NCBI GenBank assembly: GCA_963833985.1
Contig: CAWIAD010000002.1
Coordinates: forward strand, 6,208,001 to 6,272,000
Length of the DNA stretch: 64,000 nucleotides
DNA from: an uncultured Planctomycetaceae bacterium
Lineage (GTDB): Bacteria > Planctomycetota > Planctomycetia > Isosphaerales > Isosphaeraceae
Reading direction: 5' to 3'
The position numbers and the translations under genes are program-made. Positions 11,079 to 19,726 of this stretch are shown here, in pieces; position 1 is the first letter of the stretch; every line of letters begins with the position of its first letter. Below the pieces are notes generated by a model that saw only the letters and a list, made by a program, of their open reading frames with translations, did not search any database and was not told where the DNA came from.

Positions 11079-11146
11079 GCCGTGGGCAGTAGGCCGTGGG
11101 CAGTTTGTAGGCGGCAGTAGGCCGTGGGCAGTAGGCAGTGGGCAGT
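11079..11146 (+). repeat. Irregular tandem GGCAGT(A/G) heptamer-like repeats
   Basis: gccgtgggcagtaggccgtgggcagt...ggcagtaggccgtgggcagtaggcagtgggcagt read directly. Confidence 0.7.
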
Positions 11147-11252
11147 CCTATACATCTCCTCAATGAACTCGATGCTTTCTGTGCTTCATAGTCTGTCTCG
11201 CCCTCCGATACGGAATTGCGCAGTCGGCAGTGGGTGGTCGTTGTCGGTTGCT

Positions 11253-11408
11253 TCATCTGTCCCGCAGTTCCTGGATTTGGCTCCGTTCTGGCGCCCCTTT
11301 TCGCTCCGCAACGGCTGTATCCTCTTTGCCAATATCAACTTGCGTCGCCAGATCATTGGCTTCGTTCAAGATACTCTGAGAAACGCGCCGAGCACCACCC
11401 GTAGGGTG
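11253..11408 (-). pseudogene. Detached 3' end (51 codons) of the gene at 12869-14071, cut off by the IS4
   Basis: Removing the IS and one target copy gives an in-frame continuation HPTGGARRVSQSILNEANDLATQVDIGKEDTAVAERKGAPERSQIQELRDR*. Confidence 0.75.
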
Positions 11409-11427
11409 GGTCAGCGCAGCGCAACCC
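11401..11427 (+). repeat. GTAG-type REP palindrome GTAGGGTGGGTCAGCGCAGCGCAACCC(ACC), split by the IS4; second part at 12874-12896
   Basis: GTAG tetranucleotide followed by an imperfect hairpin GGTGGGT...ACCCACC, restored when the IS is removed. Confidence 0.75.
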
Positions 11428-12873
11428 CATAGCGTCCAACTTAAGGAATTTGGCCTAGGAAAAAAGAAAGGAAGTCCTTAATCCAGTTCGCGTTGTATCG
11501 AGCAAGCGCGTCCTGGAAGAAGGAGCTTCCGTTGGGGATCATAAACAAGGTGGCCGTGTTGTTGCAATCGAGCTTGGGTTCGAAACTCGACGAGATCGGT
11601 CGTGCGACGGGCGTGATCCGGCGGCAACGAAAATTCTCGGGCGCGTCGCTGCTCAAGACCATGGTTCTGACTGTGATGAAGACGCCTCGCCCCCATACCA
11701 ACGACTTCGTCGCGACGGCGGCACTGCTGGGTGTGAACGTGACTGCCGAGGCGATCGAAAAGCGGTTCTCGGAGAAGCTCGTCGCGCACTTCGCGCGGGT
11801 TTGGAACACGTGTTGGAGTCCGTCGTGGAGGCGTCGGCGGCCGGCGTGGCGCTGCTGGACAAGTTCACCGCCGTCGTGATCGCCGACAGCACCACGGTGA
11901 CCTTGCCCGACGAATTCGAGGCGGAATTTCCCGGCTGCGGTGGCAAAACGGGCAGTGGTAAGGCAGCGGTGAAAATTCAGGTGGCGTGGGAACTGCGCCG
12001 CGGTCAGTTGGAGAAGTTGGAGGTCCATCCCGGTCGTCACAGCGACGCCACGAGCGTGGACGTGGACGCACCAGTGGCCTCCGGATCGCTGACGCTCCGC
12101 GACCTGGGATACTTTTGCCTGGAGCGGTTCCGATCCATCGGCGCAAGGAGCTTATTGGATTTCGCGTTGGCAACACGGCACGGCCGTTTTCGACGCGGAG
12201 GGGCGGCGATGGGAGATGCTGGCGTTTCTCCGACGGCAACCCGCCGGCATGCCGGTCGACGTGTCGATCGCGGTGGGCGCGGCGGAGCGTCTGGGATGTC
12301 GGTTGATCGCCTTGCGAGTGCCTCCGGAGGTGGCGAACCGACGTCGGCAAGCGGCCTACGAAAAGGCTCAAAAACACGGCCGCGTGCCCACGCAAGAACA
12401 TCTGGACTTGTGCGACTGGACGATTTTCCTGACCAACTGCCTGGCCGCACTTCTGACGTGGAAAGAGGTCGTGGTCCTGTATCGGACGCGCTGGCAAATC
12501 GAACTGCTGTTCAAACTTTGGAAATCTCACAACCACCTCGCCGAGTCGCGTGCACACTGGACCAGCATGGAACGCCTGGCGTTGTTCTGGGCGAAACTGA
12601 TCGGCGTGGTGCTTCAGCATTGGCTGCTCCTGACCGCGAACGCGGCCGATCCCCGCCGCAGCCACTGGAAAGCGGCCCGCGTCATCCGGAACTGGATGGA
12701 ATCCCTGACCCGAGCGTTGGATAACATCGACGAGCTCATACGCACCTTGAGAGACATGGCCACGACGATCGCCAGCGTCGCTCAGAAGAAACGTCGGAAG
12801 AAACGGCCCAGCCTATTCCAACTCCTTTTGGATCCAGAACTTCTGGAATGGAATCCTTAAGTTGGACGCTATG
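11428..12873 (+). mobile_element. IS4-family insertion sequence (~1.45 kb)
   Basis: Perfect terminal IRs CATAGCGTCCAACTTAAGGA / TCCTTAAGTTGGACGCTATG; flanking direct repeat GGGTCAGCGCAGCGCAACCC at 11408-11427 and 12874-12893. Confidence 0.92.
11532..12860 (+). CDS. IS4-family DDE transposase, two apparent frameshifts (~11792, ~12142)
   Basis: Three partial frames give IADST, RDLGYF and the YRTRWQIELLFKLWKS (YREK) motif; TTG start after AAGGAG; stop lies inside the right IR. Confidence 0.85.
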
Positions 12874-14071
12874 GGGTCAGCGCAGCGCAACCCACCGTCT
12901 TGCAGACCTTTACGTGCGGCGAGATGCCCCCGCTCGACGACATTCCGGGACCATCCCCGTCGTTCCGGCCGTCGCGCGATTCATCGTGTGGTTGACGTGC
13001 GACTGGCTCGGGCGCGGGGCCGATCTGTGGCTCATGGACAACCGGCATAGGGGGACGGTCGGCCTCGTTGTTGTTGTCGGCGCCGAGCTCGGCTTTTTGC
13101 AGGTTCGACAGCGTGGTCAGCGTACGCAGTAGCTCGCGGGTCAGTGCACCCTGGTGCCGGCGCAGGACCGCAAGGGCCTTGCTGGCGGCGAAGACCGCGC
13201 GGTCGGGCTCGGCGTCGGCTTCCATCTGCTCCAGGTCCTCGTGCTCGCCGAGCCTTGCTTCCAGCCGGTGGATCGCCTCGTCCACGATCGAGCTGAGGAC
13301 CTCCCAGCCCTCTTTCGGGCTGGCCGGCGGGCGAGACAGGCGCCGCCACGGCATCGCGCCGCTGAAATAAGGGCCGGAGCTGGCCTTCATGTTCCGGAAC
13401 AGCTCCCAGAGCTCGCGGCCCTGACCCGGTTCGATCGCGTCGACGGCCTGGAACACGCGGTTGGCGGCCGGGTCGATCATGCCTTCCAGGAAGCTCTTGC
13501 CCATGAGCCGCAGGAACCGGTAGTGGTCGGTCTCGCTCCAGGCGGCCCGCACGTCGATGAGGTTGCGGAACTCGGACCACCGCGCCAGCAGCCAGCGGCA
13601 GCCCTCGGGGATCTGCTCGAGCCGGGCGAGGAAGACGGCGGGCATGTCGTCGTAGTACTCGGCCTTGCCGAACCGCTCACGCGGGTCGAGGGTGTCCAGC
13701 AGCTTGCGGCCCAGGATGTGGGCCTGCTTCAGCCGCGTGGCCTCGTCGCGGTCGCGCTGGCGGTGCACGCGAGCCGCGAGGTAAGCCGTCTCGGCCCGCT
13801 CGGCGCGGTCGATCTGCCAGTCGATGCGCGCCGCATGGCCGACCAGGGTGCGCTCGACGTCGTTGCGCGGCACGAGTTCGAACGTCCACTGCAAGATCCG
13901 TTCGGCGAGCTCCTTCGGATCTTCCTGTGGCAGGACGGGGATGGCGATGCGGGCGTTGGCGCCATGCCTCAGCGCGTTGAGCCGGGCGCGGGCCTTGCCC
14001 TGGTCGCTCTTCGGCCCCGTGCTTTTTGCGGCGTTGCGGCGATTGGCCGCGATCTGGGCTGTGGTGGCCAC
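12869..14071 (-). CDS. Hypothetical protein of the ANRRNA..STGP..GK..NA..HG family, C-terminus truncated by the IS4
   Basis: Characteristic N-terminus MATTAQIAANRRNAAKSTGPKSDQGKARARLNALRHG; the current stop is supplied by the IS4 IR. Confidence 0.8.
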   Translation of the reverse strand: MATTAQIAANRRNAAKSTGPKSDQGKARARLNALRHGANARIAIPVLPQEDPKELAERILQWTFELVPRNDVERTLVGHAARIDWQIDRAERAETAYLAARVHRQRDRDEATRLKQAHILGRKLLDTLDPRERFGKAEYYDDMPAVFLARLEQIPEGCRWLLARWSEFRNLIDVRAAWSETDHYRFLRLMGKSFLEGMIDPAANRVFQAVDAIEPGQGRELWELFRNMKASSGPYFSGAMPWRRLSRPPASPKEGWEVLSSIVDEAIHRLEARLGEHEDLEQMEADAEPDRAVFAASKALAVLRRHQGALTRELLRTLTTLSNLQKAELGADNNNEADRPPMPVVHEPQIGPAPEPVARQPHDESRDGRNDGDGPGMSSSGGISPHVKVCKTVGCAALTP

Positions 14072-14299
14072 GGAGTTGCTCTCTTTGCTTGTAGTGCAGG
14101 TCGTGTATGCGGTGCGCAGAGCGGCCCTGGCTGCTGGTTCACCGAGGAGCGGCGCGGGGAGCGGCCCTCTCGGCGAGCCGCGGCCGATGCGCCGGGATCT
14201 GCCGTCTATCTATGAGGATCCGACCGAAACTGCCAAAAACCGGAGGAATCCGGAGAAATTTTTGGTTTCCCCCTCAGCCGTCGGGCAGGTGTATTCGTA

Positions 14300-14376
14300 C
14301 GGCAGGCGATGCTTGCGTGCCGGGGCGTCTGCGTCCGCATCTGCGTCGCCGCAGGGCACGCAATCCTTGCCTGCCG
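14300..14376. repeat. Imperfect 22-bp inverted repeat (hairpin) downstream of the Y1 transposase
   Basis: CGGCAGGCGATGCTTGCGTGCC (14300-14321) pairs with GGCACGCAATCCTTGCCTGCCG (14355-14376), 19 of 22 positions. Confidence 0.65.
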
Positions 14377-14445
14377 GGGCGCGCACCATGACTTCTCCGC
14401 CTGGAGCCCGGGCGCATGGCCAGGTGCGCCAGCGCCATGGACTCT

Positions 14446-14666
14446 GCGGCACATGGCCACGTGCGTGAGCACGTGGTTTTCACGGGCGCAGCCTCCAACC
14501 TCGGGCGTGAGCCCGACCAGCACTGCGCCGCATCACAGGCATCCCCACGGCGATGCTCCACCCGACCCCGCGTCCGCGGCGCATGGCCACGTGCGTGAGC
14601 ACGTGGTTTTCACGGGCGCAGCCTCCAACCTCGGGCGTGAGCCCGACCAGCCCCGCGCCGCATCAC
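14446..14666. repeat. Two ~90-bp direct repeats with a 130-bp period
   Basis: 14452-14521 is identical to 14582-14651 (70 bp) and similarity extends on both sides; a decayed partial copy lies near 14411. Confidence 0.9.
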
Positions 14667-14671
14667 GCTCA

Positions 14672-15724
14672 TCACCTCACCTCGCACCCGCCCAGGTTCG
14701 CCAGATGATGCCGCCCCAGCCGCCCCGCAATCTCCCGCAGCCGTTCCCGGCTTGCCGCGAAGAACCGCCCCAGCAGCCGGCCCCCGGCCAGCTTCAGCAG
14801 CCGCGCTTGCCAGCTCTCGGCATTGCTCCCCAGCCGTTCCAGGATCCCCGCCAGTTCCGCCGAGATCGCCGCCTTCCCCTCGCGATACAGCCGCCCGGTG
14901 TACTCTACCAGCAGCAGATAGCTGCCCAGCGAGAACCCCTCGACCATCCCTTCGCGACCGCGACCGGAGTCCGAGTCCGAGTCAAGCCCCCGTCGGTCCT
15001 CGATCGGGCACAGCCACAGCCCCTCCTCCAGCCCCTCCGCCGCCTGCGACCCCGCCACGCTGCCGGCCTCGGCGGCCTTCAGGTCCTCGGCTCGCCCCTG
15101 CTCCTGGACGTGCTCGACCCGCTGCTTGATCGACGTGTGGGCACTCGCCTCGGGCACCTCGGCGATGCCCGCGGCCACCGGGTTCAGATCGATGTAAGTG
15201 CAAGTGGCCAGCAACGATTCCTCATCGAGGATCGCCACGCTCTGGAACCGCCCCTCGAAGAACGCCCCGCGGGTGTTCTCCTCGCGGTTGGCCATCCGCG
15301 ACAGCGGCTCCTTGAGGCACTTCATGAACCAGCTCAGGCTTTGCAGCCGCTGGCGTGCCATCACCACCCACTTCACGTCTTTCAGCCGTTCCTTGACCCA
15401 CGCCTCCGAGATCGCAACCGCCCGCCGCGTCTTGTCGCGCGGTGGAAACAGCCTCCCCCAGCGCCGCACGACCTCTTCATCCGCCCACCCCGCAGCCACA
15501 TCCGGGTCGAGCCGCACCAGCAGATGCAGATGGTTATCGAGGATGGCGAACCCTCCCACGGCCACCGAGAAGATCTCCGCAAGTTCCCGCAACCGCCGTT
15601 CGATCCATTCTTTACGGTCGAGATGCCCCTCGCCCAGTAGGAACGCCCGCCGCACACAGCGGCTAATGCAGTGATACCAGCGGGTGACCGACGGATCCAC
15701 CAGATGCGCACGGGCAATCGTCAT
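14672..15724 (-). CDS. Y1/HUH-superfamily transposase (RAYT-related, long ~350 aa type)
   Basis: YHCISRCVRRAFL, HUH motif in LDNHLHLLV, FFEGRF, catalytic-Tyr region YIDLNPVAAG; GGAGG RBS before ATG 15724; frame intact. Confidence 0.88.
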   Translation of the reverse strand: MTIARAHLVDPSVTRWYHCISRCVRRAFLLGEGHLDRKEWIERRLRELAEIFSVAVGGFAILDNHLHLLVRLDPDVAAGWADEEVVRRWGRLFPPRDKTRRAVAISEAWVKERLKDVKWVVMARQRLQSLSWFMKCLKEPLSRMANREENTRGAFFEGRFQSVAILDEESLLATCTYIDLNPVAAGIAEVPEASAHTSIKQRVEHVQEQGRAEDLKAAEAGSVAGSQAAEGLEEGLWLCPIEDRRGLDSDSDSGRGREGMVEGFSLGSYLLLVEYTGRLYREGKAAISAELAGILERLGSNAESWQARLLKLAGGRLLGRFFAASRERLREIAGRLGRHHLANLGGCEVR

Positions 15725-15785
15725 GCACGGACCTCCCAGCAAGATCCGCACAAGCTACCCAATTCCACCGCCCGAGTCAAGAATA

Positions 15786-16007
15786 CATTGCATGTCCTTG
15801 CTGCTTCTTCATTGCATGTCCTTGCTGCTTCTTGCTGCTTCCTTTGCTGCTTCCCTTTGTCCTTGCTGCTTCTTGCTGCTTCTGCTGCTTCCTTGCATGT
15901 CCTTGCTGCTTCGCTGCTTCGTGTCCTTGCTGCTTCGTGTCCTTGCTGCTTCCTTGCTGCTTCTGTGTCCTTGCTGCTTCTTCCTTGCTGCTTCTGCTTG
16001 CTGCTTC
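15786..16007 (+). repeat. Array of 15 variably 5'-truncated copies of CATTGCATGTCCTTGCTGCTTC
   Basis: Parsed by hand: every unit ends in GCTGCTTC, units are 8-22 nt, separated by 0-4 extra nt. Confidence 0.92.
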
Positions 16008-16010
16008 TAC

Positions 16011-16274
16011 CATCCTGATTCTCGAGCCCGAGGTGTTCGGCACGACGACCGGTTCATTGACGGCCGACATCCAGGGCAAGTCTGCGTTCGCGAGCAACGT
16101 CGCCTTCGGCGGCATCCCGGCTTCGGCTCGCCCCCCGGCGCCGGCGGCACCGGCTACGGCGGCGGCCTGTTCGTCGGCGGCGGGACCGTGACTGTCTCGA
16201 AGAAGACGAAGTTCGCCGCGAACTTCGCCATGACCGAAGGCAACGACACCTACGGGCCGTATACCACGACCTGA
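16011..16274 (+). pseudogene. 3' remnant of a Gly-rich surface/beta-helix-type protein gene
   Basis: Reads ILILEPEVFGTTTGSLTADIQGKSAFASNVAFGG / PGFGSPPGAGGTGYGGGLFVGGGTVTVSKKTKFAANFAMTEGNDTYGPYTTT* with one frame slip, high GC3, no start codon; begins immediately after the array. Confidence 0.65.
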
Positions 16275-16720
16275 AGCCGTCGCGCGGACCGCCGCCTCTC
16301 CCGATCGTTCGCCCCGCGAGACCCGGCCGACGGCCGCGCCTCCAGGGCCGCGATCATCCTCTCGCACGCATCGGCTTCGGCCCGTCCTCCGGGAAGTGCA
16401 TCACAACGCGGGAGGGCGAGCCGTCCGGCCCTGGCCGTCTGATTCCCTGAGAAGCTGAAATTGATGATGACGCTCAACTTCCAGCGATTCGAAGATGTTT
16501 CACTCGTGGCCGCGTAAAGTATTCTTGGGCGACATCGGCGTATGCCCCCTCGAAACGTTGCTCGAGAGATTTCATTGAGCTTGTCAGACGAGGGCAAGCA
16601 GGCTCACATGGCCCTGATTGACGGACGAGGCAGGGTGCTGATACGTTCGGAACGTCTGCCCGTTCAGTTTGACAGGGGCCAGCCTGCGTGGGTGGAGAAG
16701 ACCCGAGAGTGAGCCATCCC

Positions 16721-17377
16721 ATGAGTACGATGATTGCACCGCCAAGGAACGAGGCGCGGCTGGTCGTGCCGGATGTCTCCTGGTCGGTCTACGAGACCTG
16801 GGTCGACTCGCTACCCGAATCAACGCCGGTGCGGATGGCCTACGACGGAAGGAACCTGGAGATCATGACAAAAGGGCCGGACCATGAGGATTACCGGCAG
16901 CTCCTGGGGCATCTTGTCGTCGAGACCGCACGGGCACTGAGGCTATCACTCAAAGGTCTGGGCGAGACGACGTGGAAACGCGTCGAGATCCAGCGCGGGA
17001 TCGAGGCCGACCAGTGCTACTACTTCAGCCCCGAAAAGCTCGTGGAGGCGACGCGAAGCCGAGGGGCAAACGATGTTACCTCGTTTCCGAATCCCGACCT
17101 GGCCATCGAGGTTGACCTTTCGCCATCGCAGATCGACAGGCCCGGCATCTACGCCGCGTTGGGCGTAGCAGAAGTCTGGCGCTTCGACGGCGAGACGACG
17201 ACGATCGAGCGCCTGGGCACGGATGGGCGATACGAACTGGCCGCGGCGAGCACCTTCCTGGGCATACGGGCCGACGAGGTCACGCGATGGCTTGTCGCCG
17301 AGGACTCAACTGACGAGATTGCCTGGCTGGAGCGGCTTTCTGACTGGCTCAGGAACGAATGGCAGAAACGGCCCTGA
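16721..17377 (+). CDS. Uma2-family (DUF820) PD-(D/E)XK endonuclease-like protein
   Basis: RMAYDGRNLEIM, RGIEADQCYYF, PDLAIEVD, YAALGVAEVWRFDG. Confidence 0.88.
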   Translation: MSTMIAPPRNEARLVVPDVSWSVYETWVDSLPESTPVRMAYDGRNLEIMTKGPDHEDYRQLLGHLVVETARALRLSLKGLGETTWKRVEIQRGIEADQCYYFSPEKLVEATRSRGANDVTSFPNPDLAIEVDLSPSQIDRPGIYAALGVAEVWRFDGETTTIERLGTDGRYELAAASTFLGIRADEVTRWLVAEDSTDEIAWLERLSDWLRNEWQKRP

Positions 17378-17616
17378 GTGCAGGGTCAGCTTGAGGATGT
17401 CCGGTGCTCGTGGTCCTCCATCGATCGAAGTAGAGAATGCAAAGCCATGTCGTCTGGCCTCTCTATTCGCAGGCTGGTTGCCGTCGGGATCCGTGGATCG
17501 TTGTTCATTCACCGGAAGTGCGGGACGGGTCAAGAATCGATTGAGCAAAAGCTCGGAAGCGGCGCCGCGATGCCAGACTATTGTAGAAACTGTCGCAGGG
17601 AGACCGGGTCACTCTT

Positions 17617-17814
17617 CGCCCCGGAGGGGCGGTGTCAATAGCCAGGTGGCGTCAGCCCCTGGATGCCAAAAGGCGCGTGAAACGGAGCGTCTTCAGCCCC
17701 GGCCGGGCGCTAGTGGGCGGGTCACTGCCGCCCCGTTCGGGGCTGGCCAACGTGCGACGCTGCCCGCATCCCATGGGTTCACCCCTAACTCTTGTCGGCC
17801 GCCCCTCCGGGGCG
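17617..17814. repeat. ~200-bp nested palindrome (REPIN/BIME-like)
   Basis: Perfect 16-bp outer IR CGCCCCGGAGGGGCGG (17617-17632) / CCGCCCCTCCGGGGCG (17799-17814), degenerate middle arms, inner CAGCCCCG...CGGGGCTG pair. Confidence 0.75.
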
Positions 17815-18044
17815 CTGGTTGAAAGGACGGTTCGCGGTCGCTATCTTGGTCGACGGTCCCGCGCGGGCCAGCCTGTTTGCCCATGCGGCAATTCCTGACG
17901 CGACCGCTCCCAAGGTCAGACGCATCGACGTCATCGTCTGGCGCAGTGCTCTTCGAACACGCATCGCACGGGATGGCCCAGAAGCCCGTATCCATTGCCT
18001 CAGAGCCGTGCGGGAGCCGGGCGAATCGAGAGGGAGGTACCAGC

Positions 18045-19661
18045 ATGGCAGGGACCGATGATCGCCGCATCGAGACGGCCAGCGAGGGCGCGCCATCCGC
18101 GGGAGCAGGCTTGCCGGATCCAGGATCCGCCGCAACGGCGCACCTCCCACCGGTAGCCGCGAATCCCGCAGGTGGTCCCGCCGCGCCGGTGCAGGGCGAG
18201 CCACGGCCAAGATCGCGCTGGCGGAGATGGCTGGTCATCCACGGGGTCCTGCTCACCCTGGCGGTGATAGGCTACCTGCTGTACCCCACATTGATCACGA
18301 TGTGGAACACGGTTTCCACCGATGACTCCTATGTCAACAGTCACGTGACGTTTGTGGCTCCGCGGGTGCCGGGGCAGGTCGCGGAAGTGCTCGTGGACGA
18401 CAACATGCGCGTGGCGAAGGGGGACCTGCTCGTCCAGCTCGATCGCGAACCGTACCAGGTGCAGGTCGACATCAAGAAGGCAGCCGTGGTGAATGCCGAG
18501 GCCGACCTGAGGGCTGCCGAAGCGGACGTCCGGGCCACTCTGGGCCTGGTCCGCAGCCAGCGCTGGCATCTTCAGACAGCCATCGAACAGGTCGACAACC
18601 AGGTGGCCCTGCTGCGCGCCCGCGTGGCTGCCCTGAAAAGCAAGGAGGCCACGCGCGATCGGGCCAGGGCCGATCTGCGGCGCGCCGAGGCTCTCTACGG
18701 CCGTTCCGCAATCTCGCGAGAGGAGCTCGACCAGCGTCGTGAGGCCGACAGGGTCGCGGACGCTCTGGCGAATCAAGCTCTCGAAGAGGTGTCCGAGACG
18801 CGGGTCTCGCTCGGCCTGCCCCCGCGCCCCGAGAAGGGGGAACTGTCGGATGTTCCCGATAATCTCAATCAGACATTCTCCGCCGTCCGCCAGGCACTCG
18901 CCGAACTCGCGCGGGGCGTCGCGCAGGTTGGCCTGCCGCTGGTCTCGACGACCCTGACACCGGAAAAGGCGCTCGCCGAATTCGTCAGCCGGGACAAGGA
19001 GGGGAACATCGACCGGATCCTGGAGCGGATTGTTCCCGAAGCGCCGGCGGTCCGGCAGGCAGTCGCAAAAAAGCAGCAGGCGGAGCGCGATCTGGCGCAG
19101 GCGGAATTGAACCTCCGCTACTGCGACGTCCGCGCCGAGATCGACGGCGTGGTGACTCGCCGCAACGTGAACCCTGGCAACAATGTCGCGGCAGGGCAAA
19201 GCCTCATGGCCGTGCGCTCGATCACGGAGATCTGGATCGACGCCAATTTCAAGGAAACACAGCTTGCCGATCTGCGCATTGGCCAGCGTGTGCGCTGTGA
19301 GGTGGATATGTACGGCGGCCGGCGTGAGTTTGAAGGCCGCATCACCGGCTTCACCATGGGGACTGGCCAGACCCTTGCGCTGCTGCCGCCCCAGAACGCC
19401 ACGGGCAACTTCGTGAAGATCGTCCAGCGATTACCGGTGCGCATCGAATTGACCGATTACGAGCCGGACAAGCAGCCCTTGTTCGTGGGACTCTCGGTGG
19501 TCCCCCACGTGTATTACAAGGAGCCACCCACCGGTCCTCACGCTGGTGAGGTGCTGCAACCCTTGAGCTCGTCTGCTCGCATCCGGAAAGCCCCCGGGGC
19601 AAACGGCACGCTGGAGGCAGAAACCGCACAGGCCAGGGAACCCGTCGGGGGCCATCCGTAA
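18045..19661 (+). CDS. HlyD/EmrA-family efflux periplasmic adaptor
   Basis: TM helix, STDDSYV, WIDANFKETQL, LLPPQNATGNFVKIVQRLPVRI; GGAGG RBS. Confidence 0.92.
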   Translation: MAGTDDRRIETASEGAPSAGAGLPDPGSAATAHLPPVAANPAGGPAAPVQGEPRPRSRWRRWLVIHGVLLTLAVIGYLLYPTLITMWNTVSTDDSYVNSHVTFVAPRVPGQVAEVLVDDNMRVAKGDLLVQLDREPYQVQVDIKKAAVVNAEADLRAAEADVRATLGLVRSQRWHLQTAIEQVDNQVALLRARVAALKSKEATRDRARADLRRAEALYGRSAISREELDQRREADRVADALANQALEEVSETRVSLGLPPRPEKGELSDVPDNLNQTFSAVRQALAELARGVAQVGLPLVSTTLTPEKALAEFVSRDKEGNIDRILERIVPEAPAVRQAVAKKQQAERDLAQAELNLRYCDVRAEIDGVVTRRNVNPGNNVAAGQSLMAVRSITEIWIDANFKETQLADLRIGQRVRCEVDMYGGRREFEGRITGFTMGTGQTLALLPPQNATGNFVKIVQRLPVRIELTDYEPDKQPLFVGLSVVPHVYYKEPPTGPHAGEVLQPLSSSARIRKAPGANGTLEAETAQAREPVGGHP

Positions 19662-19726
19662 CCGGAACGCCGCAGGGTCTCGCCGGCATCCGGGAAACGG
19701 AGCAGTGCAGCCACAGGAGCCCGTTC

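Noticed and set aside
14446..14666. Possible mini-CRISPR (repeat-spacer-repeat)
   Set aside because: Repeats of 70-90 bp are too long, there are only two copies, and no cas genes.
14955..14985. DSDSDSGRGR micro-duplications in the Y1 transposase
   Set aside because: In-frame 6-nt slippage in a likely loop; no sign of functional significance.
15786..16007. Possible CRISPR array
   Set aside because: No unique spacers (only 0-4 nt between units), unit length varies, and no cas genes are in the window.
15671..16367. Cys/Leu-rich and Lys/Gln-rich ORFs across the array
   Set aside because: They are translations of the low-complexity repeat in several frames, with no RBS or coding bias.
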